This document shows, in pieces, positions 39,271 through 49,212 of a DNA stretch of 64,000 nucleotides. The notes beneath the pieces are model-generated. The model made no database searches. It was given only the letters and a program-made list of their open reading frames with translations, and was not told the DNA's origin. The DNA comes from a virus. The position numbers and the translations under genes are program-made. The stretch's first letter is position 1. Every line of letters begins with the position of its first letter. The stretch lies in IMG/VR virus record IMGVR_UViG_3300006802_000092, positions 6,815-70,814 of that record. The stretch is one strand, 5' to 3'.

Positions 39271-42200
39271 GAAGTACATCAGCCCAGACGTTTACCCAAC
39301 TACGATTAGGGACAACTTTAGGTTGCTGATGGGACAACACTATATTGTTGATGAATTTGGTAATGTAAGTTGGAACCCTGATGCGAAGGCACTGACCTTC
39401 GATCCCTCTACGCTTTCTATAGACCCTACATTGCTGGTACTAGAGCCAAGAAGCCCAGGGGAGTCGCCAAGGACAGTTATTATTAGAAGGAAAGAAACCA
39501 CAGAAGTTTTTCCCAAGAATCCAGACTTATTCCTAGGGCTGTCCAGGGACGCATCTAACGGAGTTGCTAAGCTAAAGTTAAAGATTACTGGCGATAACCT
39601 CAACTACTCCTCAATTAACGAGTTTAAGTCAGATCTTGAGTATATGTTTCAAAATCCCACAACCGACGACGGACGTTTTTACGACAGAACCTTTGAGTAC
39701 AGTACACCGGATCTTAGCCCAGAAAATGAATCTGCATCGGAGTATAATTACTTAGTTGAGGAATACGAGGGCTCTATAGCAAATGTTAGGGAGGAAATAC
39801 TACCAAATTATTACAACATATCCCTTATAGAAAGGCTTGGAGATGAGGCCACGTTCTATGACGTTTCTGGCTTTCCATTATATACAACTCCAACCTATCT
39901 TCCTAGCATTGCCAGCGTAGCTAGTGGGTTTGGTGCCTATGAAGTATATCAGGGTATGAAAGACCACACTTTACTATACGGAGGCATTGATGAAGATGTT
40001 ATTGTGAAGCAGGGACTATTTTCCGATTCGTACTTGGAAGAAGACTTTGCTTCTTCTGGACTAAGCTTAGAAGAGTTTTTGCTTTCTGATTTAGACAAAA
40101 CATTAGATATTAAGTACACAAATTATTATAAGCAATGGCCTGGGACATACGTAGACCTAGAGTCGGAAGACCAAAGCTCTCTTGAGGTTAAGGCTAAAAA
40201 CATTATTTTTTCTTCTGCGACCCTTCCCCTGCTGACCACCCCAGAACTCATAAATACTGTGCCAACTGAAAAGAAGATCCCCTTCTATACAGCAGTATAT
40301 TTTCAGCCAGAATCTTACTCAGAATTCTATACAATAGACGCGCGCCTTATAAGACCAATAGCAAGCGAATTGACAACTAACTCATTGTATGCTTCATTTG
40401 GTTCTCACATAGCAGGTGTATACGATGAAGACTATGTGGACCCTGCTACGGCGACGTTTGGAAGTCCTAGATATTCTTTTGTAGAAAAGACATTTATCGA
40501 CTCTACTACCGCCGCGCAAGAAAGGCTATCTGTTTCTCCGCCTCTTCACAACTATGCTCTTTCGTCCATTAGCCTCAAGAATGACAGCTTTAGATCATTT
40601 AACGCTGCCATAACTTATCATAGGGATGTAGCTGCAGGGGATAGCCCTCTACACAGCCCCCAGGATTCATTTGACGATACAAAAAAACTTTTTGTGGACA
40701 TTAAGTCAGCTGGCTTCGATATAGGGAAAACAAACTTAGCGCTAGCTCTCAAAGAAGACCCATCTGTAGATGGCCCTGACCTTCTTGAGACAGTACTTAT
40801 AGACAATTCGATACTGCAAACGACACAGCTTTCCTATGAGTCCGGTATACTCCCGGTCAGCGAATATGGTATAGGAGGTCCGGAGGGACTTTCTAGCCAG
40901 GCCAGCCTTTCATTTGACACCACTGAGGGCGGAAATTACTTTGGCAGATTGTACAAAGAGTCTTTTGAAGAAGGAAAGTCATCACACAACGAAACAGTCA
41001 TGTACAGGGTTGCAAAGTATGTTGGAACAAACACGGATGTAGCCCCAGTGCAGAACATCTGGATCCCAGCGCAAGGTGCTGGAACTTCTCCTGCTTCGCA
41101 AATTAAGTATATTGATTCCCAAGTTAAATATGGCCAAGAGTACACTTACGAAATAAGTGCTTTTAAGTACGTCTTTGGCCTAAAATATAAATATGAGCAA
41201 TCTGAAGGTGGAGAACCAAAGATATCGGTTGTTGAGACTGTTTTAGATGCGGACGGAATTATTATTGGCTACATCGTTAAGTGGGCAGGGTTTGTTAACT
41301 TATTTGAAGATTGGGAAAAGGTTGTAGCAGAAGCGCCATTAAGTAGCGATCCTCCCTGGGCTATATACGCAAACTTGTACGACCCATCATACAATTACAA
41401 CGTAGGAGATTTTTCTGATGCTGCTCCCGGCTTTAACTCCGAGAATGCATACTTTTTAACAATTGAAAGACTAAATGAAATATTGGAAACATCATGGGAT
41501 TTGCAACCGAGAACCAACAGCTCCAGATTCTCACTTCTTCTCGGAGACCACGATCCGGTAGTACCCCGATGGAGAGTTCTTTTTGGGTCTGTGTGGTCAG
41601 ACGATTACAAAGTTACTCCTGATACTCCTGTGAATGAGACAAACGCTACTCTATTATTTGCACGTCTTAATGGTAACCCCGATTTACTACCGGATCTAGA
41701 TCCATCAACTTTTTCCGTCTCTGATTGGTTAAAGTTGTGGTTCGGCTCATCTAAAAACAGGGTTTTTAGATTTAGAAATCCACTTATAGATGATGATCCA
41801 AGTATCCAGGGCGCTATTCAGGGTTTCCCTCCATCTCATCATATACTAGAACTCCTGAATAGCGGGCCTGTTTTATCGCCTACTTGGGGCGGCGTGCGCG
41901 CGGGCGGCCCCTCCCTTGGCACTACTATAGTCACCGGCTTTGAGTCATTGGACTCTAGATCAACAGACAACATTGCTAGGGATTTTAGTGCCCCTACGGT
42001 ACAATATTACGAAAGTACAATTAGTCAGGTTGAACCTGGAGCAGGTGCTAGCACAATAGAGCTAAGTGGATATGAGGCAGAGTATGAAATTGTAATGACA
42101 CCAGTAGTTGAGATTGTAGAGGTACCGTACTTTACAACAACAACCTCGGTTCTCTCAAAGCCCCCACCTCCACCAGAAGTTACGATCACACCATACAGGG

Positions 42201-42922
42201 CAGTTAACGATACTCTACTTTTCAGCTTCACATCTGCGAATATAGCTACCAATCAGATAGCAATTCCAATTGAAGAGGGGGAGGCACAACTATTTGAAAG
42301 ACATAGGGAAGCGCAAGGAAAACTAGTTGGAGAGGCAATTGAGTTTTCGCAAGATGATACAACTTCTTTCTTTCAAATTTTTAGAACGGATACTCCCCCC
42401 ACTAGGTACTCGGATTTTGCTGGTAAGCTTCGCAACACTGTCTCGACAAGAATTCCAGCTAATAACAGAATTGTTAGAGCGACATCTATAGCTCACCAAG
42501 AGAAGTTGCAACCAAACGTCAAATATTATTACACCTTCAGATCTGTTGATTATCATGGAAACTTCTCCAATCCAACAATCGTTTATGAAGTTGAGCTAGT
42601 GGATGATGGTGGTGCTGTCTATCTCTTGGTCAAGCCTCATGAATTTCCTTACATTAATAACGAAGTATCTTCGATTGACTTAAAGAAATTTATGGAGATC
42701 ATACCTACTTTAGACCAAGTTACTGCAGATGTCCCATTTAACAACAGTTTTACTGACCCAAGTGATATCCCTGATATTCAGCTGGGAGCAGACTATATAG
42801 AAGAAGAAGACAGGATATGGGATAAGACTTTTAAGGTACGCCTGACTTCGAAAAAGACAGGTAAGAAGATAGACTTTAATCTTACATTTAACAAAGAAGA
42901 TTTAAGAAAACGAACTATTTAA
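39260..42922 (+). CDS. Large virion structural protein with FN3/Ig-like segments (1220 aa)
   Basis: GTG start with SD GAGGAGG; YIDSQVKYGQEYTYEISA and LQPNVKYYYTFRSVD resemble fibronectin-III strands. Confidence 0.6.
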   Translation: MATKKYISPDVYPTTIRDNFRLLMGQHYIVDEFGNVSWNPDAKALTFDPSTLSIDPTLLVLEPRSPGESPRTVIIRRKETTEVFPKNPDLFLGLSRDASNGVAKLKLKITGDNLNYSSINEFKSDLEYMFQNPTTDDGRFYDRTFEYSTPDLSPENESASEYNYLVEEYEGSIANVREEILPNYYNISLIERLGDEATFYDVSGFPLYTTPTYLPSIASVASGFGAYEVYQGMKDHTLLYGGIDEDVIVKQGLFSDSYLEEDFASSGLSLEEFLLSDLDKTLDIKYTNYYKQWPGTYVDLESEDQSSLEVKAKNIIFSSATLPLLTTPELINTVPTEKKIPFYTAVYFQPESYSEFYTIDARLIRPIASELTTNSLYASFGSHIAGVYDEDYVDPATATFGSPRYSFVEKTFIDSTTAAQERLSVSPPLHNYALSSISLKNDSFRSFNAAITYHRDVAAGDSPLHSPQDSFDDTKKLFVDIKSAGFDIGKTNLALALKEDPSVDGPDLLETVLIDNSILQTTQLSYESGILPVSEYGIGGPEGLSSQASLSFDTTEGGNYFGRLYKESFEEGKSSHNETVMYRVAKYVGTNTDVAPVQNIWIPAQGAGTSPASQIKYIDSQVKYGQEYTYEISAFKYVFGLKYKYEQSEGGEPKISVVETVLDADGIIIGYIVKWAGFVNLFEDWEKVVAEAPLSSDPPWAIYANLYDPSYNYNVGDFSDAAPGFNSENAYFLTIERLNEILETSWDLQPRTNSSRFSLLLGDHDPVVPRWRVLFGSVWSDDYKVTPDTPVNETNATLLFARLNGNPDLLPDLDPSTFSVSDWLKLWFGSSKNRVFRFRNPLIDDDPSIQGAIQGFPPSHHILELLNSGPVLSPTWGGVRAGGPSLGTTIVTGFESLDSRSTDNIARDFSAPTVQYYESTISQVEPGAGASTIELSGYEAEYEIVMTPVVEIVEVPYFTTTTSVLSKPPPPPEVTITPYRAVNDTLLFSFTSANIATNQIAIPIEEGEAQLFERHREAQGKLVGEAIEFSQDDTTSFFQIFRTDTPPTRYSDFAGKLRNTVSTRIPANNRIVRATSIAHQEKLQPNVKYYYTFRSVDYHGNFSNPTIVYEVELVDDGGAVYLLVKPHEFPYINNEVSSIDLKKFMEIIPTLDQVTADVPFNNSFTDPSDIPDIQLGADYIEEEDRIWDKTFKVRLTSKKTGKKIDFNLTFNKEDLRKRTI
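42914..42921 (+). promoter_or_regulatory. Candidate phage late promoter ACTATTTA
   Basis: Overlaps the upstream stop; precedes SD GAGG and ATG 42942. Confidence 0.65.
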
Positions 42923-42941
42923 TTTTTAGAGAGGAACAAAA

Positions 42942-43832
42942 ATGGCTTTTTTGGATAACAGCGGAGACATCATCCTAGATGCTGTCCTCACCGATGCAGG
43001 AAGACGCAGACTAGCTAGGGGAGACGGAACTTTCAATATTTCAAAGTTTGCCCTTGGCGACGATGAGATTAACTACAGACTGTATGACCCGACTCATGCA
43101 AGCGGCTCTGCTTACTACGATCTTGAGATTCTGCAGACGCCAGTTCTTGAAGCTTTTACGAGCCCAGGCTCGCAGCTACATCACCGACTAGTCACTCTGA
43201 GTAGGAATGATTTCCTCTACTTACCTATCCTAGAGCTTTTTGAAACAACAGGAACAACAAGGGATTCAACAACAAATGCGTTCCTAATCGCGGTTAACCA
43301 ATCAACCGAGACCAGTTCTGACATCTCAACAAGGGCAGGAGTAATCTACGGTGAGAATAGCAATTCAACAAACTCTACAACAGTCCGTATAGACCAGGGA
43401 GTAGACGCCAATGGTAACCTTGCAGTTGCAGCGCTCACAGGTGATCTACTAGAGACTCAATATGAGATCAAGATGGACAACAGATTCGGCACGCTTGTTA
43501 GTCGTTCCGGCACATCGATCCCAGCTAGCTTTGTTGACGAAGATAATGTAGCTACATACTTTGTCTCTCAGGGTGGGTCCGCCTCAGTCGTATCGCTAAT
43601 TAACGATCTGACAGCAGATGGGTCGTCCATCAATGGTCGTAGAGGCACTAGAGTCGAATTTAGAATTAGCGCCACTCTTGACGTTAACGGTAGTGACACC
43701 CTATTTACTAGACTTGGCGGCACTTCTACGGTTGGGTCAACAAGCGTTAAGCACATTGATTCAACAGTGAAAGTGACTGGAGTCTCAACAGGCTACAGCA
43801 TCGATATTCCAGTAAGATACATCAAGGTTTGA
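42942..43832 (+). CDS. Tail/baseplate structural protein
   Basis: DAVLTDAGRRRLARG...ISKFALGDDEINY, reminiscent of tail-fibre attachment (P2 gpH N-terminal-like) domains. Confidence 0.6.
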   Translation: MAFLDNSGDIILDAVLTDAGRRRLARGDGTFNISKFALGDDEINYRLYDPTHASGSAYYDLEILQTPVLEAFTSPGSQLHHRLVTLSRNDFLYLPILELFETTGTTRDSTTNAFLIAVNQSTETSSDISTRAGVIYGENSNSTNSTTVRIDQGVDANGNLAVAALTGDLLETQYEIKMDNRFGTLVSRSGTSIPASFVDEDNVATYFVSQGGSASVVSLINDLTADGSSINGRRGTRVEFRISATLDVNGSDTLFTRLGGTSTVGSTSVKHIDSTVKVTGVSTGYSIDIPVRYIKV

Positions 43833-43847
43833 TAAAGGAAAGTAATT

Positions 43848-45008
43848 ATGGCATCAACTTATAAGTCTCTAGTCTCGGGCGATTCAACTTCTACAAGGAC
43901 TCTCCTTCACGAGTCTATCCCTGTTACGGGAAGCATTGTGTCTGGTACTTACGGCGGCTCCTCAGTGGCCCTAGGTTCCGAGCCACACATCAAGACTTAC
44001 TCCCATGGCATGTTTGAGAGCGTCTATGATTATCCTTATCTAAGTTCCTCCGCAAACCACATCTTCGATATTACGGCGGGTATAGCAGATTCAAGTGCCC
44101 TTAGTTCCTCAACAACCTCTCAGACTTCAAAGAAGATTAACATCTATAACCAGATGGCCCAAGTGCTTATGGGATATGATGAAACTGGTTCTGTTCGTCT
44201 ATTTGACGAAGACGGAGATATTATTGCTGGTGGCACTAAGCTCAAGGAGTGCTATTTTGTTAACTTTTCAAGAATCCTTACAAAGGATGAAATTAAGAAG
44301 GGTACCTTTGAGCTTGAACTCGGTGTGTCAGGGTCTAGATCCCAGGATGGAACGGCGTTTGACAAGAGAATTAAGCTAACAGACACATCAGGCTCAGATG
44401 GTTACTTTGTCAACTCTCCTGCTGGTGAGTATGGTGTTCTTTTCGCGTCCTCCTCAGCTATTGATTCAGCTGCCAACATACAGGGCGAAACCTTGGGTAA
44501 TGCAACTACAAACCCAGCGTGTGGACTAGTGTTTTACCAGGCAGGTATCGCTGTTGTTTCCGGCTCAGTATTTAATGATGCCGCTGACGGTGGTATCTTG
44601 TCTAACACGGCTCCAGGGACTCTTCAGGTATTATCTACGGGAGGTACAACAGGGTTTAACACAGTTACTGCCTCTACGATTCAGGTGATGGCTGACGAGC
44701 TTAGAAATAGAATTTACAATATTCAGTTCAATAACACTACTGAGCTTAACTCAACAATTTATTTCTGCCGCGTTAACAACACAGAATTCAATTACAGTGC
44801 TAACCCAACATACTTGTCAACTTCATCTGGCGGGCCAAGCGAGATTGTTGTTAAGGATGGTTCTGTTGCTTCGGACCCTCACTCTTACATTACAACAGTT
44901 GGGCTTTATTCTGCGGACAATGAGCTAATGGCTGTCGCTAAGCTATCTGAGCCTATCAAGAAGGACCCATCAAACGAGTTAACGCTAAGAGTCCGCTTAG
45001 ATTACTAG
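43848..45008 (+). CDS. Tail/baseplate structural protein
   Basis: C-terminal FNYSANPTY...YITTVGLY...ELMAVAKLSEPIKK...RVRLDY; paralogous to the next gene. Confidence 0.65.
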   Translation: MASTYKSLVSGDSTSTRTLLHESIPVTGSIVSGTYGGSSVALGSEPHIKTYSHGMFESVYDYPYLSSSANHIFDITAGIADSSALSSSTTSQTSKKINIYNQMAQVLMGYDETGSVRLFDEDGDIIAGGTKLKECYFVNFSRILTKDEIKKGTFELELGVSGSRSQDGTAFDKRIKLTDTSGSDGYFVNSPAGEYGVLFASSSAIDSAANIQGETLGNATTNPACGLVFYQAGIAVVSGSVFNDAADGGILSNTAPGTLQVLSTGGTTGFNTVTASTIQVMADELRNRIYNIQFNNTTELNSTIYFCRVNNTEFNYSANPTYLSTSSGGPSEIVVKDGSVASDPHSYITTVGLYSADNELMAVAKLSEPIKKDPSNELTLRVRLDY

Positions 45009-45017
45009 GGGGGACTT

Positions 45018-46433
45018 ATGTCTTATTACAAATTTACAAATAATGATTTATTTGTAAACTTTATTGAAACAAACCCCTCCTGCAAGTTTGATATCTATAA
45101 CTCTCACATATTCTACAATAATAAAGGAGAGTTAGCAGGAGAGTTTGCTTCCAGTGTCCCTGGTGTTCCCACCGGGCATGTTAGCTTGTACGAAATGAAC
45201 GTAGATAGGACAGAGAGCGATACAGGTCTTATCTACGCTTTTATTACGAAAGACAGCTCACTTACTACTTTTAAGACTGTTTCAACATCTGATTTCTATT
45301 CTTTTGAGTACGGAGATACAATTAGCGGCTCATCCTACCCCCTCTCTGCTTCGATAGTTAGAGAATTTTTTGATGACAACCACTTCTCCACAATGAGGGC
45401 AAATAATGAAACTGTCCTTAACGATGAGAGGACAGAGAATCTAGGTATACCACTTAAGCTTGAGGACGGCGACACTACTGATAGCGGTCTCCCTGCTTTT
45501 GACACGCACAACGTTGTTACTAGTCTGTCAACAGTCGCTAGGAACAGCGTAGATAGATATGAGAGACTTAAGACTCTGTTGTCCGCCTCCCACATTAACA
45601 GTCTTAAGAACACTATTAATGCGAATTCTTTTATGAGTCCACACTTTAGGTACTCTGCTTCTTTCTCTGACGGGTATGCTAGAGATTTAGATGTAGTGCC
45701 TGTCAACCTCATAAGCGTTCCAAGCATATTCTATGGAGCAGGGATTGAGAGAGGAACATTAGATATAAAATACTACTTGACTGGTACTCTTATAGGACAC
45801 CTAAAGGACGAGAACAGGAACGGAGAGCTTATCCAAGTTGGCCCTGAGGGCAGCACAGGATCTGGTAGTGTGGCCGGTGTAGCCCTATACAAGCAGGGCT
45901 TTGTTATCTTAACTGGAAGCTGGAACCTTCAAACTACTGGCCCATCATCCGACGCAGAACTAAACTACAAAAACACTGGAACAGCTGTAACTTCTTCATG
46001 GCTGTACTTTGGTGTTGGCGCAAATGACGGTATCCCAAATGATGGCGATAGTGCAGACACTAGGGCATCTGCTAGTTTCTCTATGATGTTCTCAGGATCT
46101 AGCCAGGTTCCTGTCATGACTATGCTTACTCACGCTCCAAAGGGCGAGCTAAACTACTCAAACAACCCAACTTATTTGAGTCGTAGTACGACGACCGGCT
46201 ACTACTCAAGTGTAACAAGCTCAGTTCTTTATTCGGAACCAGAACTGGATACAGTAAATATTGTAAGTTCTTCCTATGATACGCCAACTGGTAGCTTTGC
46301 TAAAGAAACATATATATCGAAGATTGGCTTATATGACAAAGATAAAAACTTAATTGGCGTGACAACTGTTGCAAAACCTGTTAAGAAGACAGAGGACAGG
46401 GAATTTACTTTTAAAGTTAAGTTGGACATATGA
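45018..46433 (+). CDS. Tail/baseplate structural protein
   Basis: C-terminal LNYSNNPTY...YISKIGLY...NLIGV...KPVKK...KVKLDI. Confidence 0.65.
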   Translation: MSYYKFTNNDLFVNFIETNPSCKFDIYNSHIFYNNKGELAGEFASSVPGVPTGHVSLYEMNVDRTESDTGLIYAFITKDSSLTTFKTVSTSDFYSFEYGDTISGSSYPLSASIVREFFDDNHFSTMRANNETVLNDERTENLGIPLKLEDGDTTDSGLPAFDTHNVVTSLSTVARNSVDRYERLKTLLSASHINSLKNTINANSFMSPHFRYSASFSDGYARDLDVVPVNLISVPSIFYGAGIERGTLDIKYYLTGTLIGHLKDENRNGELIQVGPEGSTGSGSVAGVALYKQGFVILTGSWNLQTTGPSSDAELNYKNTGTAVTSSWLYFGVGANDGIPNDGDSADTRASASFSMMFSGSSQVPVMTMLTHAPKGELNYSNNPTYLSRSTTTGYYSSVTSSVLYSEPELDTVNIVSSSYDTPTGSFAKETYISKIGLYDKDKNLIGVTTVAKPVKKTEDREFTFKVKLDI

Positions 46434-46963
46434 TACTAGGGCTAGATATAAGCACCTCAATTATAGGCTATACGATATTAGATGAGGATGCAAAATTAAT
46501 ACAATGCGAAGCATGGGACTTAAGAAACAAACGCTTATTTCCAGATCTCTATAATAAAGCATCGTTTATTAAGGAAAGGCTTAAGGAAATAAACCTTTAC
46601 TATGAGATAAAGCATGTCTATATAGAGGAGCCGTTTGTGTTCTTCCGAGCAGGAGGCTCAACAGCCAAGACAATGGCTAAGCTACAAGCATTCAACGGAA
46701 TTGTATCTTGGCTGTGTCATGACACTTTTGGATTTAGTCCAGTTCATATATCTCCAGCACAAGCAAGAAAGCTAAACGGTATCAAAGTATCCAGAGGTCA
46801 AAAGGCAAAAGAAGTTGTTTTAGACTATTTATTGAAGAATGAAGATTCTTTTACTATTGAATACACTAGCAAAGGAAACCCAAAGCCAGCTTCATACGAT
46901 AGAGCAGATAGCTTGATCATAGCAAGAGCCTGTTATCATATAATTGGAGAACCAACAGAATGA
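46430..46963 (+). CDS. RuvC-like Holliday junction resolvase
   Basis: MILGLDIS, VYIEE, K..V, DRADSL acidic motif set. Confidence 0.85.
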   Translation: MILGLDISTSIIGYTILDEDAKLIQCEAWDLRNKRLFPDLYNKASFIKERLKEINLYYEIKHVYIEEPFVFFRAGGSTAKTMAKLQAFNGIVSWLCHDTFGFSPVHISPAQARKLNGIKVSRGQKAKEVVLDYLLKNEDSFTIEYTSKGNPKPASYDRADSLIIARACYHIIGEPTE

Positions 46964-49173
46964 CACATAAGTTGACCGAATTTGAAATAAATCAAATCAT
47001 TATTGAAGAAACTAAGTCTTTTATGGAAGAGAGGCGGCAGTTAAATGAAATTGCGCCGCTTTATGTAGCAGGTGTAGGGTTGACAGGTCTTGGTAAAGCA
47101 GCCATGGCCGCGATGGCAGGGCTTGGTTTGTGGTCTGGCTATGAGCACGTCAAGAATCTAACAGCTGATCCTGATGTCGAGGGCATACTGAGGATGATTC
47201 CAGAAGAGGAGTCAAAGGTTGCAAAACAAAAGATGAAGGAGTATTTTGAAGCGTATACAAACCTTGTAAAGCAGACTACAAATTATATATTTATTCCAAC
47301 ATCAACGCTAGCTCGTGCTGCTGAATATGTGCCAGATCTGGGACTTAGCAATTTATATGCATGGGCCACGGGAGGCGAGGACAAGACAGAGGGGTTTACA
47401 GTAAATTTTGAACCTGGCAAGCCCTCCAAGGATGCACAAGCTAGGCAGGTTGCATTTTTACAAGAATTAAATAAAATTGTAGAAGAAAACCCTCCCATCG
47501 TAACAACAGAATTACGTCCTGGCCTTATAAGCACTAGGGTAAAAGCATTAGTTAAAAGCACAATAGAGAGGGAATTTGAGATTGCCAGGCAACCCACTCT
47601 AGTTGGAAGCTATATGAACCTGATGCCGGCAAAATCCTCTACACAGGCGATTGCTCAATTAAACAAACTAGTTGACGCTTTAGAGGCGGCTGCAATCGCC
47701 GCCAACCAAGCCACAGAGGATGGAAAGGCAAGAGCTTTAGCGAAAGCTAAAGAGGAGACACCAGAAACCCCAACCAAACCCGGTGAAGAAGGAACGCAGG
47801 GTGGAGTTGAGCAAGTTAGGGCTGCGCTTACTCCCAAATACACATATACAGCGGCTACACAGGAAAGCGTCCTCGCAGGTCGTGATGTGGTCAAGCCATT
47901 TGATAAGACATCTAGAACTGGAGTTGTTGGTGTTATACAGGGGCTGCTGCAACAAGCTGGCTTTCCAATTGGCAAAGATGGATTCTTTGGTCCAAAAACA
48001 AAAGAAGCTGTTGAAAAGTTCCAGCAGAGTACAGGCTCCGCTTTGCAAGAGCAAGATGCGGCAGAGGGCGTTGTAGATTCGGAATTGTTAAATAGGCTAA
48101 TAGATGTTGCAAGTCAAGAAGAAGTGGAAGCAATTACAAATGGCGATTTGTTGCCGGCAACACCAACAACCGTTAGGCAGGATGAAGCTTCGGCTGATAA
48201 CATCCCAGCCCCTGCGCTTAAGAAAAAAATTGAAAAACTTGAAGCTAGAATAAAGCAAGGCAAAGTTAACAAAAAGGCTAAAGCTCAAGCCCGTCTTAAC
48301 AGGATGAAGCTTAGACTAGACTATAAGATGGGCAAAACTGCCCTTAGACAACAAAGGAAACCAAAGAAAATGAATGTCACAGAGAAACAGTTGCAAGAAA
48401 TGATTATTGAAGAAATAAAAATAGTCTTAGCAGAGGAAGTGACGACGGGGCCAGTCGATCTCTCTAGCGCAGACGGCGTTTTACAATACCTGCAAAGCAG
48501 TGGCTCATGGGATAGCTGGGGCAGGACAGATCGGGAGAGGTTAGATGTAGCAAGTCTAATTTATAAAACTATGTTTAAGCTTTTTGATACTCCACCAAGA
48601 TCGCATAAGGAGTTGCAGCGTAATGACAAGATTCTCAGTTTACTAGCAGATCCTTTAATGTTTGAACCACCGGCTGAAGGTGGTTTTAAAGGTGCCGTGG
48701 CTCAGATGTACCCCAAGTTAAGACAGAAAATGCCAACGCAAGTTGTTGAGCCAACGCAAGAGCCAGAGTCCACCACGGATACTCCACCCGCAAAAAAAGC
48801 TATAGCAGCATCCTGGGAAGCATACGTAGGCACTGATCAGACCAAGAAAAAGATCCGTGATCTTTGGGTTGCTTTGACAGATGAGACGCTTAATGAAGGA
48901 CTAGCCGAAGAAGGATATAATTCATCCTTTAAGAGTTGGGTGAAATGGTATAAGAGTACGGTTGAGGCCGACCCAAGTATTAAATTCCTCAGTCCAGAGC
49001 AGGTAGTTAATAAACTAGAAGACATGTTCGAAAAGGGGACAGAAGCCATTAGAAATAAAATCCAGAAAGGAGCAGGTCCATGGGATAATAAAGACCCCTC
49101 TTCCCCAAAGACGATCGTAAGTAAAATAGAGGAATCAGTATATAGCCGCTGGCAAAAGCTAATCAAGGGCTAA
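46960..49173 (+). CDS. Multi-module protein with peptidoglycan-binding domain and LxE/IIEE propeptide-like segments
   Basis: VIQGLLQQAGF...DGFFGPKTKEAVEKFQ (PG_binding_1-like). N-terminal INQIIIEE and internal LQEMIIEE segments. Confidence 0.6.
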   Translation: MTHKLTEFEINQIIIEETKSFMEERRQLNEIAPLYVAGVGLTGLGKAAMAAMAGLGLWSGYEHVKNLTADPDVEGILRMIPEEESKVAKQKMKEYFEAYTNLVKQTTNYIFIPTSTLARAAEYVPDLGLSNLYAWATGGEDKTEGFTVNFEPGKPSKDAQARQVAFLQELNKIVEENPPIVTTELRPGLISTRVKALVKSTIEREFEIARQPTLVGSYMNLMPAKSSTQAIAQLNKLVDALEAAAIAANQATEDGKARALAKAKEETPETPTKPGEEGTQGGVEQVRAALTPKYTYTAATQESVLAGRDVVKPFDKTSRTGVVGVIQGLLQQAGFPIGKDGFFGPKTKEAVEKFQQSTGSALQEQDAAEGVVDSELLNRLIDVASQEEVEAITNGDLLPATPTTVRQDEASADNIPAPALKKKIEKLEARIKQGKVNKKAKAQARLNRMKLRLDYKMGKTALRQQRKPKKMNVTEKQLQEMIIEEIKIVLAEEVTTGPVDLSSADGVLQYLQSSGSWDSWGRTDRERLDVASLIYKTMFKLFDTPPRSHKELQRNDKILSLLADPLMFEPPAEGGFKGAVAQMYPKLRQKMPTQVVEPTQEPESTTDTPPAKKAIAASWEAYVGTDQTKKKIRDLWVALTDETLNEGLAEEGYNSSFKSWVKWYKSTVEADPSIKFLSPEQVVNKLEDMFEKGTEAIRNKIQKGAGPWDNKDPSSPKTIVSKIEESVYSRWQKLIKG

Positions 49174-49177
49174 ATGT

Positions 49178-49206
49178 TTGACTAGATTATCTCTCTATGC
49201 TATACT
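49178..49206 (+). promoter_or_regulatory. Sigma70-like promoter TTGACT-N17-TATACT (extended -10 TG)
   Basis: Intergenic; -10 ends 7 nt before the primase ATG. Confidence 0.75.
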
Positions 49207-49212
49207 CATGGC

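Noticed and set aside
41886-41912. GC-rich quasi-palindrome GGGGCGGCGTGCGCGCGGGCGGCCCC
   Set aside because: Inside a CDS (WGGVRAGGP), imperfect, and lacks a U-tract; no support for a terminator.
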